This document shows, piece after piece, positions 13,415-24,792 of a stretch of 64,000 bases of DNA. Source of the DNA: Felis catus (taxonomy: Eukaryota). The position numbers and the translations under genes were made by a program. The DNA lies in assembly GCF_018350175.1 (NCBI RefSeq), contig NC_058368.1:35466001-35530000 (forward strand), read 5' to 3'. Position 1 is the stretch's first letter. Each line of letters opens with the position of its first letter. Under the pieces are notes generated by a model. The model did no database searches and was not told where the DNA came from. It saw only the letters and a program-made list of their open reading frames with translations.

Positions 13415-13615
13415 AGTTCTCACATATGCTGGGCATTGTGCCAAGTACTCAGTGTGAATTGCTCATATAATCCCCGTGAAAAGGCTACAATGATTATTAC
13501 TATTTTATAGACAAGGAAACTGAGGCTTAAAGAGTTAAGACACTTGCCCAATTATTCACAGCCGTGAGGTGATTTTGGGGCTAACGCCCTGAGACCTGCC
13601 TCCAAAGTCCATTTC
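13415..13615 (-). mobile_element. MIR SINE
   Basis: attttatagacaaggaaactgaggcttaaagagttaagacacttgccca. Confidence 0.85.
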
Positions 13616-14259
13616 ATCATGTATCATGCCATGCCCTGCCTTCTGTTTTGGTAACTCATACCTCAAACAAACTTTTCCTTACTCCATAATTTGATTTAGT
13701 TGTTCAGTATTGTCTCTAAACAGGCTGCTTATCCCTATATCACAGCCCAGCTTATTCCTTATGCTCAGATGCACTGCTTGATTTGCCTGAGTGTCTTTTC
13801 TCTGGTGTCTGGAATAAGTCCATAATCCCTTTAGACTCCCAGTGCTTACCTTAATTCCCAGTACTTGGAGGGTGTTCAGTAAAAGTTTATTGACTCCCTC
13901 AGGTATAAATAAATGTCAGATGGCTATGGAATCATGGGCAGTGGAGGGATTAAAACCCAAGTCTATCTGACTACCAAGGCATTCCTCTTCCAGTATACCA
14001 CAGTAGCTCCCAGCTAATCAGGAATAAATGTCCTTAATCCATCTATAAAGTGGAGATTAGATTATTTGTTCTGTCATCCTCGAATTAGATGGTGGGAGAC
14101 CCAGAGTTATAATCTATTATTTCTTACATCTGGCACAGAGTAGGGGCCCTGTATATGTTTGTTGAATAAATAAGCCGAGTCCTAGCATATAGATAACCCC
14201 TGCTTACTGTGTTCTTTGCTACTTGCATAGCTTAACAGTGAGCATTATATGCTCTAGAA

Positions 14260-14421
14260 CATTGCTACTCAGATTGTGATCTATGGACCAGCAGGGTCAT
14301 CACCAGGGAGTCTGTTAGAAATGCAGGATCCAGGCCCCACCCAGACCTACGAAATCAGAATTTGCATTTCATCAAGATCCCCAAGTGACTATTGTACGTG
14401 GTGACATTTGGGAAGCACTAA
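14260..14421. mobile_element. MER5A (hAT-Charlie MITE)
   Basis: ttagaaatgcag..ccccacccagacctac..aatcagaatttgcatttc..caagatcccc. Perfect 8-bp TSD CTCTAGAA at 14252-14259 and 14422-14429. Confidence 0.88.
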
Positions 14422-14829
14422 CTCTAGAATAGAATTGTGATGGACAGGAGATGAAACAATCCCTGAAAAGCACTTAGCAGAACATCTGATACAAATAAGC
14501 ACTTTTTATTGAGTGAATCATAATCATTCTTGAAATACATAGGCTGTTGGCTTATTTGGGCATGATTCCCCTGTCCTAATAGGCTTCACTGGTGGCTTGG
14601 GTTGCCCCATTGGGGTTTCCACCCCCCAATCCCAAAATATGACTGCCTTCCTCCAGATCAGGACCTATAAATAGGGTGCAGTTGACCATAAACAGCTTAA
14701 CTCTGTATGAAAATGTTGTGTGTAGAATTATATGTGCATATTTGTTCAGAACTGTTCATAGCTTTTATCAGCTTTTCAAATACACGGATGGCTTCAGAAA
14801 GATCATAAATCGCTATTCTCAATGACATG

Positions 14830-15070
14830 GAATGTCATGGCTGGGAGCATGTTATCAACAACAGACTTCATTCCAGTCCTGACCTCACTAGCTGTGTGAC
14901 TTACCTAAAGGTGCCTTCTCATCTTTAAAGTGGGGACCATAATCATCTTAATAATACCATAATATCATTTCCTGTGAAGGATTGTATAGGGAGTCAATTG
15001 ACATGCTCTATGAAATGGTACTCTGTCATTGTAAAGAGCTTCCAGATGTTAGTGACAGCTGTCATTATCA
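14830..15070 (+). mobile_element. MIR SINE
   Basis: cactagctgtgtgact..tctcatctttaaagtgggga..gtgaaggatt. Confidence 0.65.
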
Positions 15071-17458
15071 CTGGTTCCTCAAACACTGTCTCCCACAACT
15101 GGTTCAAGAGAGCATACCCACTCACTCCAAGGAACGACATTCTCAGGAAACATCCCTTTCCAGGGTTACAGGTGAGATAAGCTGGTCAGGAGGCTTTGGT
15201 GCCCATAACCTGTGCCCCTACCATGTTTACAAAGGGAGACCATTGAGTATAATAAGATGCAAATGCAGGAAGGAAGACTGGTTACAAAGAAATGTTGCTT
15301 AAGAAGTAACAGGTGATGGTGGCAGCCTCTGACTTGGCTGCTCTGGGTTGCTGTATGCTGATCTCCAGATGCCTGTCTGAGGCAGATATGCCCAGGTGTG
15401 TCTCCAGCCAGCAGTGTTTTCTCTTCAGCAGCACATTTCTGGGTAGTGGTAGACTTGCTGGGATGTTTCCATTTATTACCAACAAGAGTGAGTAGAATAC
15501 AGAACTCAGAAGTCAAAAGATTCTGCTCTTTTAATTAAAAGAGGTCAAGACAAAGCAGTATACAGAGGGAGGAACAACAATCTCCACAAGTAGATCAGGA
15601 CGTAAGCCCGACTTTGAACCTACACCGTAATCAAGTGAATTGGCGGGAAGCCATGAGTATATAGCGGAGGTGCAGGTGAAAATGAGACAGTGAGGGGTGT
15701 GATAACAGTTCTATACCCATAACACTTTCATCTCATAGTACACTGTGCGTCAAATGCATTTGCCAGCAGCTTTCCTGCCTTCCGAGAAGGAATCTAGCAG
15801 GAAGTTTACAAAAAGGGAACTCTCTGCAAGTTAGATTTTTGCCTATGCCAGTAGGACAAGGGTGGGATAGTCCTGTACTGAGGGCACAGAGAAGGCGAGA
15901 GTTTTTAAAGATGTGTTATGGTCTTCCTCATGTGCTTGAACAGTTTATTCCAACTAGTCTTTCCCAGCTTGCTCTTCTTTTGAAGTTAAAAAAGAAAAAG
16001 GCAGGCTCTCTCTATCTTGCCCTTATCGCTTTCAGATCAGAAACAAGGATATTAAATCAGTTCCTGAAGAAATGACATAGGAAAGCTATTTTAGACTTTA
16101 AATTCTTGATAATATGGAAAAATAGGATGATGTTGGGTGTTTCCTGTCTCCCTGTAGGATTGAATCAGTGTGTGTGCTTGCCATGACCATATTTAACTGA
16201 CTTGTTCACATTTTCTTCTCCCTGAGCTTTACTGCTTGAACAGTGCCAGTAATGAAGGGAAACATATTTGTCTCTCATAACTGTCAGAGATGACACAGAG
16301 AAGCAAAATGAATGTGGGAGGTACTATTTTGTTTCTAATTAACAAGGGTTTTCAAGTATTTGTGTAAAGAAAAGAAGTCGACATTCAAAGGTTTGGAATC
16401 CATTGCCCTTTTCAACGTTTTCCTTTAAGAAAAAAAGGAAATACTGTGTGTACAATTCAATGGAAATGATAGGGATAGCTAGAAATGAAATATGAAAAAA
16501 AATTAAATCACCCAGGTACCATGAAGCAACGCATAACTGAAGGTACCTTATTACTTTATATTATACCTTCTCATTCTAAATAACCACTGTTATATAATAT
16601 GAATCATTGATGTTTAATAATAGAAATAACCACAGTCAGATGCCAAATCAAGAAGAAAGGATCTGTACTTTGAAAAAAAAAGAACTCTCTTAATGTACAT
16701 GCCACATAAACGTTCAGGGCATGAGCTCTGAAAGGAATCCTGCGGTGGGGAGCTATTGAGAAAAGCAGTTCTGAGCAAAAGAAGAGGGGGGCAAAGCTAG
16801 ATTCAAGTCTGGCTCTTTCCCAGTTGAAGTAAGTGACACTATGAAAGTGCATTTAGGCCTAGCTATGTGTGTGAATACCACCACACCTTGACACCCTTTC
16901 GGTTGTCTAGTAGCAGCTGGCAAAATTCAATGTGCAGCATGTCTGTCCATCAAAAATACCTTCTGACAGGTCTAAGAAGACAGCTTGGTATTATACATCT
17001 TAAGAGAATTAAAAACAAGCAAACAAACAAACAAACTACACTTTATGACACAAAGACAAAAAAGCAAAACATAAAAAGAAAAATCTCTCTTCAGGGTAAC
17101 ATGGTAACAAATAGAAGGTATTAATATTGCAAAGTGCAATTTACTAATAGTGAAAAGTCAAAAGTAAAGGAAGGCCCAGTGGTAGTGTTCTGTAAGTACC
17201 ATGAAATGAAGAGAACATACTTGAGTTGAGGATGTGGATTCAATCATGTATGAGGGGAGTTTTTAGCCAAGGAGGAATTGATGGAGAAGATCTATGAGAA
17301 TTCACAGGTGAGTGCAATGCGTTGTTCACAGCCACTGTATCAGAATACAATTAGCCACAAGTAATGAAAGGCCTGAGAAAATTGAAACTTAAAAGCTTAA
17401 GTTACGGGAAACTGAAACCTAACCAAGCTTAACCAGCTTGTTCCGCTTCTGTACAATT

Positions 17459-17605
17459 GCTTGGCGCGCCCATGTATTCCTGATCAATCATTATTGCCTG
17501 GCACATCCGTATATTCTTGATCAACTATCGTTACTTGGCACATCCGTGTACTCCTGATCAATCATCGTTGCTTGGCACATCCGTGTATTCCTGATCAATC
17601 ATTGT
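17459..17605 (+). repeat. Four tandem 37-bp units in the LTR U3
   Basis: Unit ~GCTTGGCACATCCGTGTATTCCTGATCAATCATCGTT starting at 17459, 17496, 17533 and 17570. Confidence 0.95.
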
Positions 17606-17644
17606 GATACCCGTACCCCCGGTTGTGGTCTGACCTAAAGGCAG

Positions 17645-17760
17645 GAACCAATCGAATACTGTTAAGTGTCCAACTTTAAACACCAACCAATCGCAGCTCT
17701 GTAACTGTGGAAAATTCCTGATTTCCCCATGACTCGTTTGTACCTGTCTATAAAAGGGGT
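17645..17760 (+). promoter_or_regulatory. LTR core promoter (two CCAAT boxes, TATA box)
   Basis: AACCAATCG twice (~17646, ~17685) and TATAAAA at 17749-17755, in canonical gammaretroviral order. Confidence 0.8.
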
Positions 17761-19039
17761 GTAAAAACCTCTCTCAGGGCCTCTTGGCGTCACCGGCAAC
17801 GGGGGCGCAGAGGTCCAGGTTTGAACCTGCAATAAATGACCTTTGCTGCTTAGCTTTGACTCTGGACTCTGGTGGTCCGTTTTTGGGGGTCTCTTAGACT
17901 CTGGGCGTTTCAGTAACAGAAAAATGTGATGGACAGCAATTCAAAGCAATGGCAATTCCTTTGTCTCTCAAAACAAAAAGTCTGGAGATAGGCAACTGCT
18001 GGTATTCGTTTTGCAGTCTCAAAAGATAATAGCTGGAATTTCTGTGATTTCCTTGATCCTTCCTCTTGATCACAAGATGGCTACTGCAGTTCTAGTCATC
18101 ATAACTTCATTCAAGGCAACAACAAAAGCAAAGAAAGAATAAAGGGAGGACAAGAAATGGGAGTGTGGAAAGGATGAATGAATAGTAATCAAGGTATATG
18201 TAATATCTGCTATTTTTGTTGGGAAAAGTAAGCGAATTCCCAGAGCTCCCATTCCCTCAGTAGGCTACCACTTGTATTTAATTGGCCAGAACTATTATTT
18301 CTCGTGGCCACACAGGGAGTCTGTTAAGATGAGCCTTGAGTTTTTCCAGTCTCCAGAATGGCTGGCAGGAAGAGGTTGGGAATGCCTGATGATATACCAA
18401 GGATCAATGCCTGCTATAAATGGGCAGATAAATGATATTGGAGGTGGTGAGATTAGATATTAATTTGAGGGACTGAAACTATCTGGATGGTATTTCGAAA
18501 GATTTTTGCAAAGCACACACAAATACACAAAAAGTCCAAAAGTAAATTGTGGGAGAAATAACACCTAGAATATGTTGTTTACAAAAACATTCACACCCTT
18601 ATAATACACTTTCACACTTTTATGCACTGGAAAATTTTCCACCCGTGACAGAAGAGCAGCCATCTCTGAAACAAAATATGGCAGTAATTCGCCATGCTAC
18701 ACACAAGAATTCTCTGACACAGGTTAAGAAGGAGAAACGGAAGCCACTTTCACCAGAGCAAAACTACAAAAATGGGTTATAAGAATAGACTGTATCTACT
18801 TAAAAAAAAGTCTCCTGCTCAAGTTCCACATTTCACCCTACCTCTTCTCTGCCCTGTCATCAAACAAGTGACATCTGTTTCACGTAGCACCAAGGCTCTT
18901 TGTCTTATTTGTGATGTTTTATTTATTCACAGGTGCACCCTGCTGGGGACCTACGTTGTGTTACCTTGAACAAGGGGGGAAAGATGGGAGTTCTACTCTC
19001 TGCTTATTTACTCCTCTGTCAATGGAGTCTGTACGCATT

Positions 19040-19210
19040 GGGTCTTTTGAGGCTCCCTACAATGCTGTGATGTGAAATATTAATATACTGATTTGAAAGG
19101 TGAGCAGGCTAAGGGTTAGAGAAGTAAAGTTAGGTGGCTGAGGAAGAGCACATCATGGCGGGCCAGCCTGGTGCACGAACCAGCCAGACTTCAGAGCCCT
19201 TGGTTCTTCC
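19040..19210 (-). mobile_element. MIR SINE
   Basis: aggtgagcaggctaagggttagagaagtaaagt..agacttcagagccc. Confidence 0.55.
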
Positions 19211-19504
19211 AGGCCCCACCCTGACTCTGGAATTCCGAGGGACTTGCCAAGGACTGCAGCAACTAGCATAATTGCTGAATTACGCCAGATGTTGAATAAG
19301 TGAATGAAGCCAATTCCACTCTGGCCTCACCTCAAAAAAGAGAGTAAAACCGATGAAATATTTTCCAGTTCTGAGAATACCAAGTCAGTTTGATTCAAAC
19401 TATCGTGGTCATCTGAAAGCCTTTTTATAGTCCAGAGAAAGTCACCAAGCTCTACCTTAAACAAACCTAAGCATGTCAGGATGTCCCTGACTATTTATAG
19501 GACA

Positions 19505-19730
19505 TGGAGGCAGCAGGACACTACAGACAGAGTGGGAGCTTTAAACCAAACAATCCTGGGTACAACTGTTAGTTGTACCAATGGCTACCAATGCCTTCAG
19601 CTTCTTGCTGAAGTTCTCTGCGTCTTCTTCTCCTCGTGTGTACAGTTAGGGATGATAATGTCTACCCAGTGGAGACAATGTACGAAGAACACTTTGTACA
19701 ACGCCTACTCATATGGTTGGTGCTCTATGA
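19505..19730 (+). mobile_element. MIR SINE
   Basis: gggagctttaaaccaaacaatcctgggttac..gggatgataatgtctacc. Confidence 0.55.
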
Positions 19731-20323
19731 AGGAGACCAAACATTAGTAGGGTGAGCCCTCTGTTACCACCATTGTCTCCACAGATTGATACTCTGTGGG
19801 TCTAGAACCTCCAAAGGTGTGACACCAAAGTGTGATGAAGGAAATAGAGTCAGCACAGTCCCCCAGGTCCCTGGCAACTCAGATGAGGGCAATCGAGGTT
19901 TCAGTTCTGCCTAATAAGAACATAATATAGTGTTAGGAGTGTTCAAGCACACAAGACATGCCGTAGAGAGAAGATGTCAAAGATTCCAACAGTTTAGAGA
20001 ATGGAAGGATAAAGGGAGATAGACCCAAAAGGACACAAAAATGGAGCTGTAAGGGAGGCCTGAAGAAAATCAGAAAAAAACACACCCAGAGAAAGATCTG
20101 TGGGAAAAATCAAATGCTCCACTAATTAAAGAAGGTGAGGTTTAAATAATAATAATAATAATAAAGCCTCTGAATGTCACAAAACTGTTACTCCCGAGAG
20201 TGGAGTGGAATGGAACTGCCAGTGATGACCACGAAATGGCTGAATAGGCAGTGAAAGCTTGGCAGCTGAAAGCCAGAGTTGAGGACAAAGGTCAAGCAAG
20301 GTTCTGGAGGGGTTGCATTAAAA

Positions 20324-20564
20324 CAGGGTTTCTCAGCCTGGGTGCTCTTTGATGTTTTGGGCTAGATAATTCTTTGTTTGGGAGCTCTTCTGTGCACTGA
20401 AGAATGATTAGCAGCATCCTTGACCTCTACTCACTGGATGCCAGTAGACCCTTGCACCCCCGAGTCACAATAAAAAATGTCTCCAGACATTGCCCAAAGT
20501 CTTTGGGGGGCAGGCTAGAGAGAGGGGAATGTACCACAAAATCGCTCTCTGTTGAAAGCCCTTG
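20324..20564. mobile_element. MER20 (hAT-Charlie)
   Basis: cagggtttctcagcct..gctagataattctttgt..agcagcatccttgacctctactcactggatgccagtag..aaaaatgtctccagacattgcc. Confidence 0.9.
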
Positions 20565-23316
20565 CTTTAGAATGCAGAGACCCGTGTGTGTTTTAAACCA
20601 CAAGGAAAGAAATATATAAATAGTTTCAATTTCCTGTCATGTCAAGCTCTTCTGTTTCATATCAATATAAAGGGAAAAAATGCCAAAATTTCAAACAGTA
20701 AACAGAAAAAGGGAAAATAGCAATGACTGTCAACTTGAGGGGATGGTAATCGGCAGTTCTTTGTTACTTTTCTGTGCCATAGTGCAAGGAAAGATAACTT
20801 TGGAAGATAGACTTGGACTGTACTTTAATTTTACTTAATTTCAGGATATTACCAAATTAAGAATAAAGGATCACTATTTATAACATTTAAAAAAATTGTT
20901 ATAATTCAAAAATAAATTTCAAGCCAAGGGTTTTGAAATAACTCAATAGGCTTACACTACCCTTACTGTATGGATGGAAAAAGGAAATGAATATGACAAG
21001 AAGCCTTTATAGACTTAGCTTGTCTTTTGGCTTTTTTAGACATGATGCATTTGGAGACTTTCAATTGTTCCTATCTCTCGGCTTTCTTTCAGTATGAAAG
21101 CTTTGGCATTCAGTCATGAAATACAGCACCCCAGTTGCTCCTATTTTTAAACAGATTCTGCAGAGTTGATATTAGTATGGTTTAATGTTTTAGGCAGAAG
21201 TTCAAAAAATAAATAATTCAACCCCGTATCTTTACTTTGCTATATATTAAAGAAATATAATTTATAATAAACATCTGCTTTCCTGTAATAGCATAACAGA
21301 CGGCAAAGAAAATTGGGTGTGAGAAGCAACATATACTCATGCATATATGTAATTAAACCTTAAAAGAATAGCTGAATGATTTTTTTTTTTTTTGGTACCA
21401 GTCTAAGAATTAATAATACTCAAGTAAGTGTCCTGTCTTATAAAAGTGCTATTCTAACTATACTGGCCTGGTCCAGTGGTAACACCCGTTAAGATCTCTC
21501 AGTTTATAGAGAGCTCTCAGATATACACGCCAAGGTGATGCTATTGAGAACCAAAACAATTGGTCAGCACAGAAGGGGGGAGAAATCAATAAAATTGATT
21601 ATTTGGCATTGTGAACACACTTCTCCAAAAAAGATGATCACATTTAATTTTCACTTTCCAATTGTTTGCTTTAAATTGCTTTGATAAGAACTTATAGGAA
21701 ATTACTATAGAGATTGTACTGTGTTATCTTTATACCAAAATGTATGATGCTTATATTTTCTTCTGTCTCTTATCAAATATGTCCCTGGAGAAATAATGGG
21801 TATTTGAAAAAGTAATTGCTGGATTTTCTGGAAAAGTCCCCAAAGATAAGGACTTTCATTTTAAAAATAGCCATTAGGTGAAAACCAATAAACTGTCATG
21901 TAGAGCATGTTGCAAATGAGGTCAAACTCTTGAGTTAGTTCTGGAATAAGCTGTTTATTTTGGTCTGCTTCCATGATGGTAAATTGCAGCTTCAACCCGG
22001 GCCAGCCAACTCAAAACCACAGGTGTTAGTCCAAGAGGGACTATTCTGTAGTATAAATGGAGCAACTCAAACCCATGATTATTACTGGAAAAACAATTCC
22101 AAGTATATAGACCCTCCCTAAAAACAACTCCAAATATATAGCCCTTCCCTAATGATCCATAATGGGGGAAAAAAATCAACCAGAATATCTTGTTCTTCTG
22201 GCTGATCAATAATGCTACCATCATTTAGAGGAAAAAAAAAAAAAACACAACAATGTTTGCCATTCTGAAATGCAATAAAAAAGGAAAACTCTACAATTGG
22301 CTCAAAATCAACCCAATATTTCTAGTTATAAAGTATCTATGCCTCTCTATAAATCAGCAAGGCTGATTGTATATGTGGCCTATAGATTCACAATTAAGTT
22401 AGAGCCAGCCTCAGTCCCTGTTTTAATACTGTTATTAAACAGGATTTGAAATGCCATTTGTTCGAGACACTGCTCAGATTATAGGGTTCCAACTGACAAG
22501 ATTATACCCAGATTATAGTGTTCTAATAGCATAGGAAGGTAGAGCACCCAGATTCTACAGAACGAAGTTCCAAATGACAACAAAACCTTTACTGAGAACA
22601 ATGAAAATCGATATTCCATTCCATATCATACACATTATAACCCCAAATATCTGGCGTCCAAAAACCTGAGTCTTCAAGAAAACTGACAGTAAGTTGAAAT
22701 GTTATTGATGCCAGAACTATACATAATGTTTTGAATCCTGCAAAAGGATGATGATAGAAACAGAAAAGAAGCTTTTAGTTTTGGTTAGAAAACACCTTGC
22801 AGATGACTTCATCTGTTGTTGATAATTAATTTTCAAAAAAAAAAAAGGCAGCCATATTATCTCACCTTAGAGGTCTTGCAATTATTTTTCACATCACTTT
22901 TATGAACATGAGATTAAATAACAATAACACATGCCTGTCTTAGGGATTCCTTTTTAAAAGCAATCTTAGCATCCATACTATTTCAGCCAAATTTATAATT
23001 TACTACAGATTTCCTAAAGATGTAAATATCTTCAACGTTTACCATAATTGATGTTTAAAATATTTAACTTAAGGCCCCATAAAAGTCTGAAAAGTCATTC
23101 TGTGTTTAATATACCTTGCTCATTAAAGCATAAAATTAGAAAGCACATTTTCAAAAGCTTATTCAAAAGGTATGATTGAAGCAAAGAAACAGAAGTTGAT
23201 ATGATAGATGGGTAATCAGATGGCTTATTTTCAGCCATACCAGAAAACTGAACTAGGGCCAAATATTTACAGTTCTGGTACAGAGCTCTTTTTATCAAGC
23301 TGCCTGAATTTGTTCT

Positions 23317-23345
23317 CAGTTGTTCTCAACCTGTGTATGTGTGTA

Positions 23346-23379
<34 letters not shown>

Positions 23380-23580
23380 TGTGGGGGGAGGGTGCGGGGG
23401 GTGGGGGCGAGTAGGGGGCTAATGGAGAGGACATGTCAAAATGTCATATCGTGTACTTCCTCTCAAATAGACTCTGACCCTGTAAGTCAGAGGGGGATTC
23501 GGTGTAGACCTTTTTAATAAGTGACCCCGGTGATTCTGATGGAAGTGGCCCATGAATGATATTTTGAGAAATGTTGCAGC
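23317..23580. mobile_element. MER5B-like hAT MITE containing a poly-G run
   Basis: Termini cagttgttctcaac and ttttgagaaatgttg; internal tttttaataagtgaccccggtgattctgatg. Confidence 0.6.
23349..23418 (+). repeat. G30 homopolymer plus adjacent G-tracts
   Basis: 30 consecutive G at 23349-23378 followed by several G3-G6 runs. Confidence 0.95.
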
Positions 23581-23914
23581 CGCCTGTTTAACACTTGAGA
23601 AGTCTTGCTTTACATCCTTATTATTCTCTTCCCAACTACTCTCAGGAAGGCACACTCCTCATAAAAGACTCCTCCCTACTTCTTACTGTTTCCTCAGGAT
23701 TTACCTCCAGTGTCTGCCTCAAATCTTGCATCTCTCCCTGCATCATTTCCTTCCACTGGCCTTGATGCTTCAGACTGTCCTTGACTTCCTGAAACCGAGC
23801 TTGCCTGATTTGAAGACACTAGTTCCCCTGCAAACGCAATTTCCTGCAAGGTACAGACAGTTCTGTTCTTTCAACAGATGTGCTGTCACAAGCATATGAC
23901 ATTCTTATTTTAAG

Positions 23915-24160
23915 AAAGGCAGAGTGGTATAATGCCAAGAACCTGGTGGCTGGTGTCGGGAGACCTGGGTTTGCATCTTGATGCTGTTCATTCTGACTTA
24001 AGATATTGGGAGAGTCATCTGATGCTCTGAGCTCCAGTCTCCTCATCTGGAAAATAAATCAAATAATACCTACCTCTTAGGGCTTCAGTTAGGGTTAAAC
24101 AAAATACTGTCTGTGATAAAATCCTTTGAAAATGTTAATTTCCTAGACGGATATTAATTA
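23915..24160 (+). mobile_element. MIR SINE
   Basis: agacctgggtttgcatc..ctgagctccagtctcctcatctggaaaat..taatacctacctc. Confidence 0.8.
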
Positions 24161-24299
24161 GATCATTAGATACATTTTTGAATATTTTCACAAAGCCAGA
24201 AAAAAAATTATCTCATCTGAAACAAAATATGGAATTTTTAATTTCTTTCTCAAGAAGGGTAAAAAGTATAATCCCTTAGTAGTAATTTAGTTCTGTAGA

Positions 24300-24792
24300 C
24301 CTCAATAATGCTAACTCTAGTGATCCAAAAACAAATCGTTCTGAATATTTTTCATTTTGGTGCCCCCTTCCTTCTTTGCTCTGCCTTACTTTGATGTCTG
24401 GGGGGTGGCCCCTACAGTCTACATCTCCTGTGTTCTCTTGCTTGGTGGGGCTGGCCAACAGAGGTACAGCAGGAGATGGTTGGCAGAAGGATTCATTCCA
24501 TTTTCAACACAGCTATGGTGGCCACTCTGCCAATCCACTATGACAGCGGCCCTCCCTCCACAGTTCCAGTGCTTACGGGGTTCCAATCACACCAGTTCCT
24601 CCCCTCCACCCCACAGTACTGGGTGTGGTAATGGCTTCCTACTTCCAATCCCTGAGTGGAACACTTCACCATCTTTCATGCATTCCCATTGGATCCCCAC
24701 CCCCATACCTCTGTAAATTATCTTTTTATTAAAGTCTTATTTGAACCATCTGGAATGAGTCCTGTTTCCTACCGGGACCCTGATTGGTATAC
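24300..24792 (+). mobile_element. ERVL LTR33-like solo LTR
   Basis: 3' end cccatacctctgtaaattatctttttattaaa..ctgtttcctaccgggaccctgattggtata resembles LTR33. Confidence 0.75.

Larger units (their letters stand above)
17365..17912 (+). mobile_element. Young gammaretroviral (ERV1) solo LTR, 548 bp
   Basis: TGAAA..TTTCA inverted termini; 4-bp TSD GTAA (17361-17364, 17913-17916); gamma-type CGCTTCTGTA motif; CCAAT x2; TATAAAA 17749-17755; AATAAA 17831-17836; many CpGs retained. Confidence 0.93.
17336..18420 (-). mobile_element. MaLR LTR (MLT1J/K-like) interrupted by the ERV LTR
   Basis: Removing the ERV LTR and one TSD rejoins tgtatcagaatacaattagccacaagtaacagaaaa. Downstream caagatggctactgcagttctagtcatca is typical of reverse MLT1. 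Confidence 0.7.

Noticed and set aside
12929..13510. 193-aa ORF on +
   Set aside because: Starts at TTG, overlaps MIR-like sequence, low-complexity S/H/P/C composition, no recognisable domain.
17459..17605. 37-bp repeats as a CRISPR-like array
   Set aside because: Head-to-tail units with no unique spacers, inside a retroviral U3 in mammalian DNA.
22561..22688. Exon-like segment reading NEVPNDNKTFTENN.. before GTAAGT
   Set aside because: Weak acceptor, in-frame TGA just before the donor, no recognisable protein.
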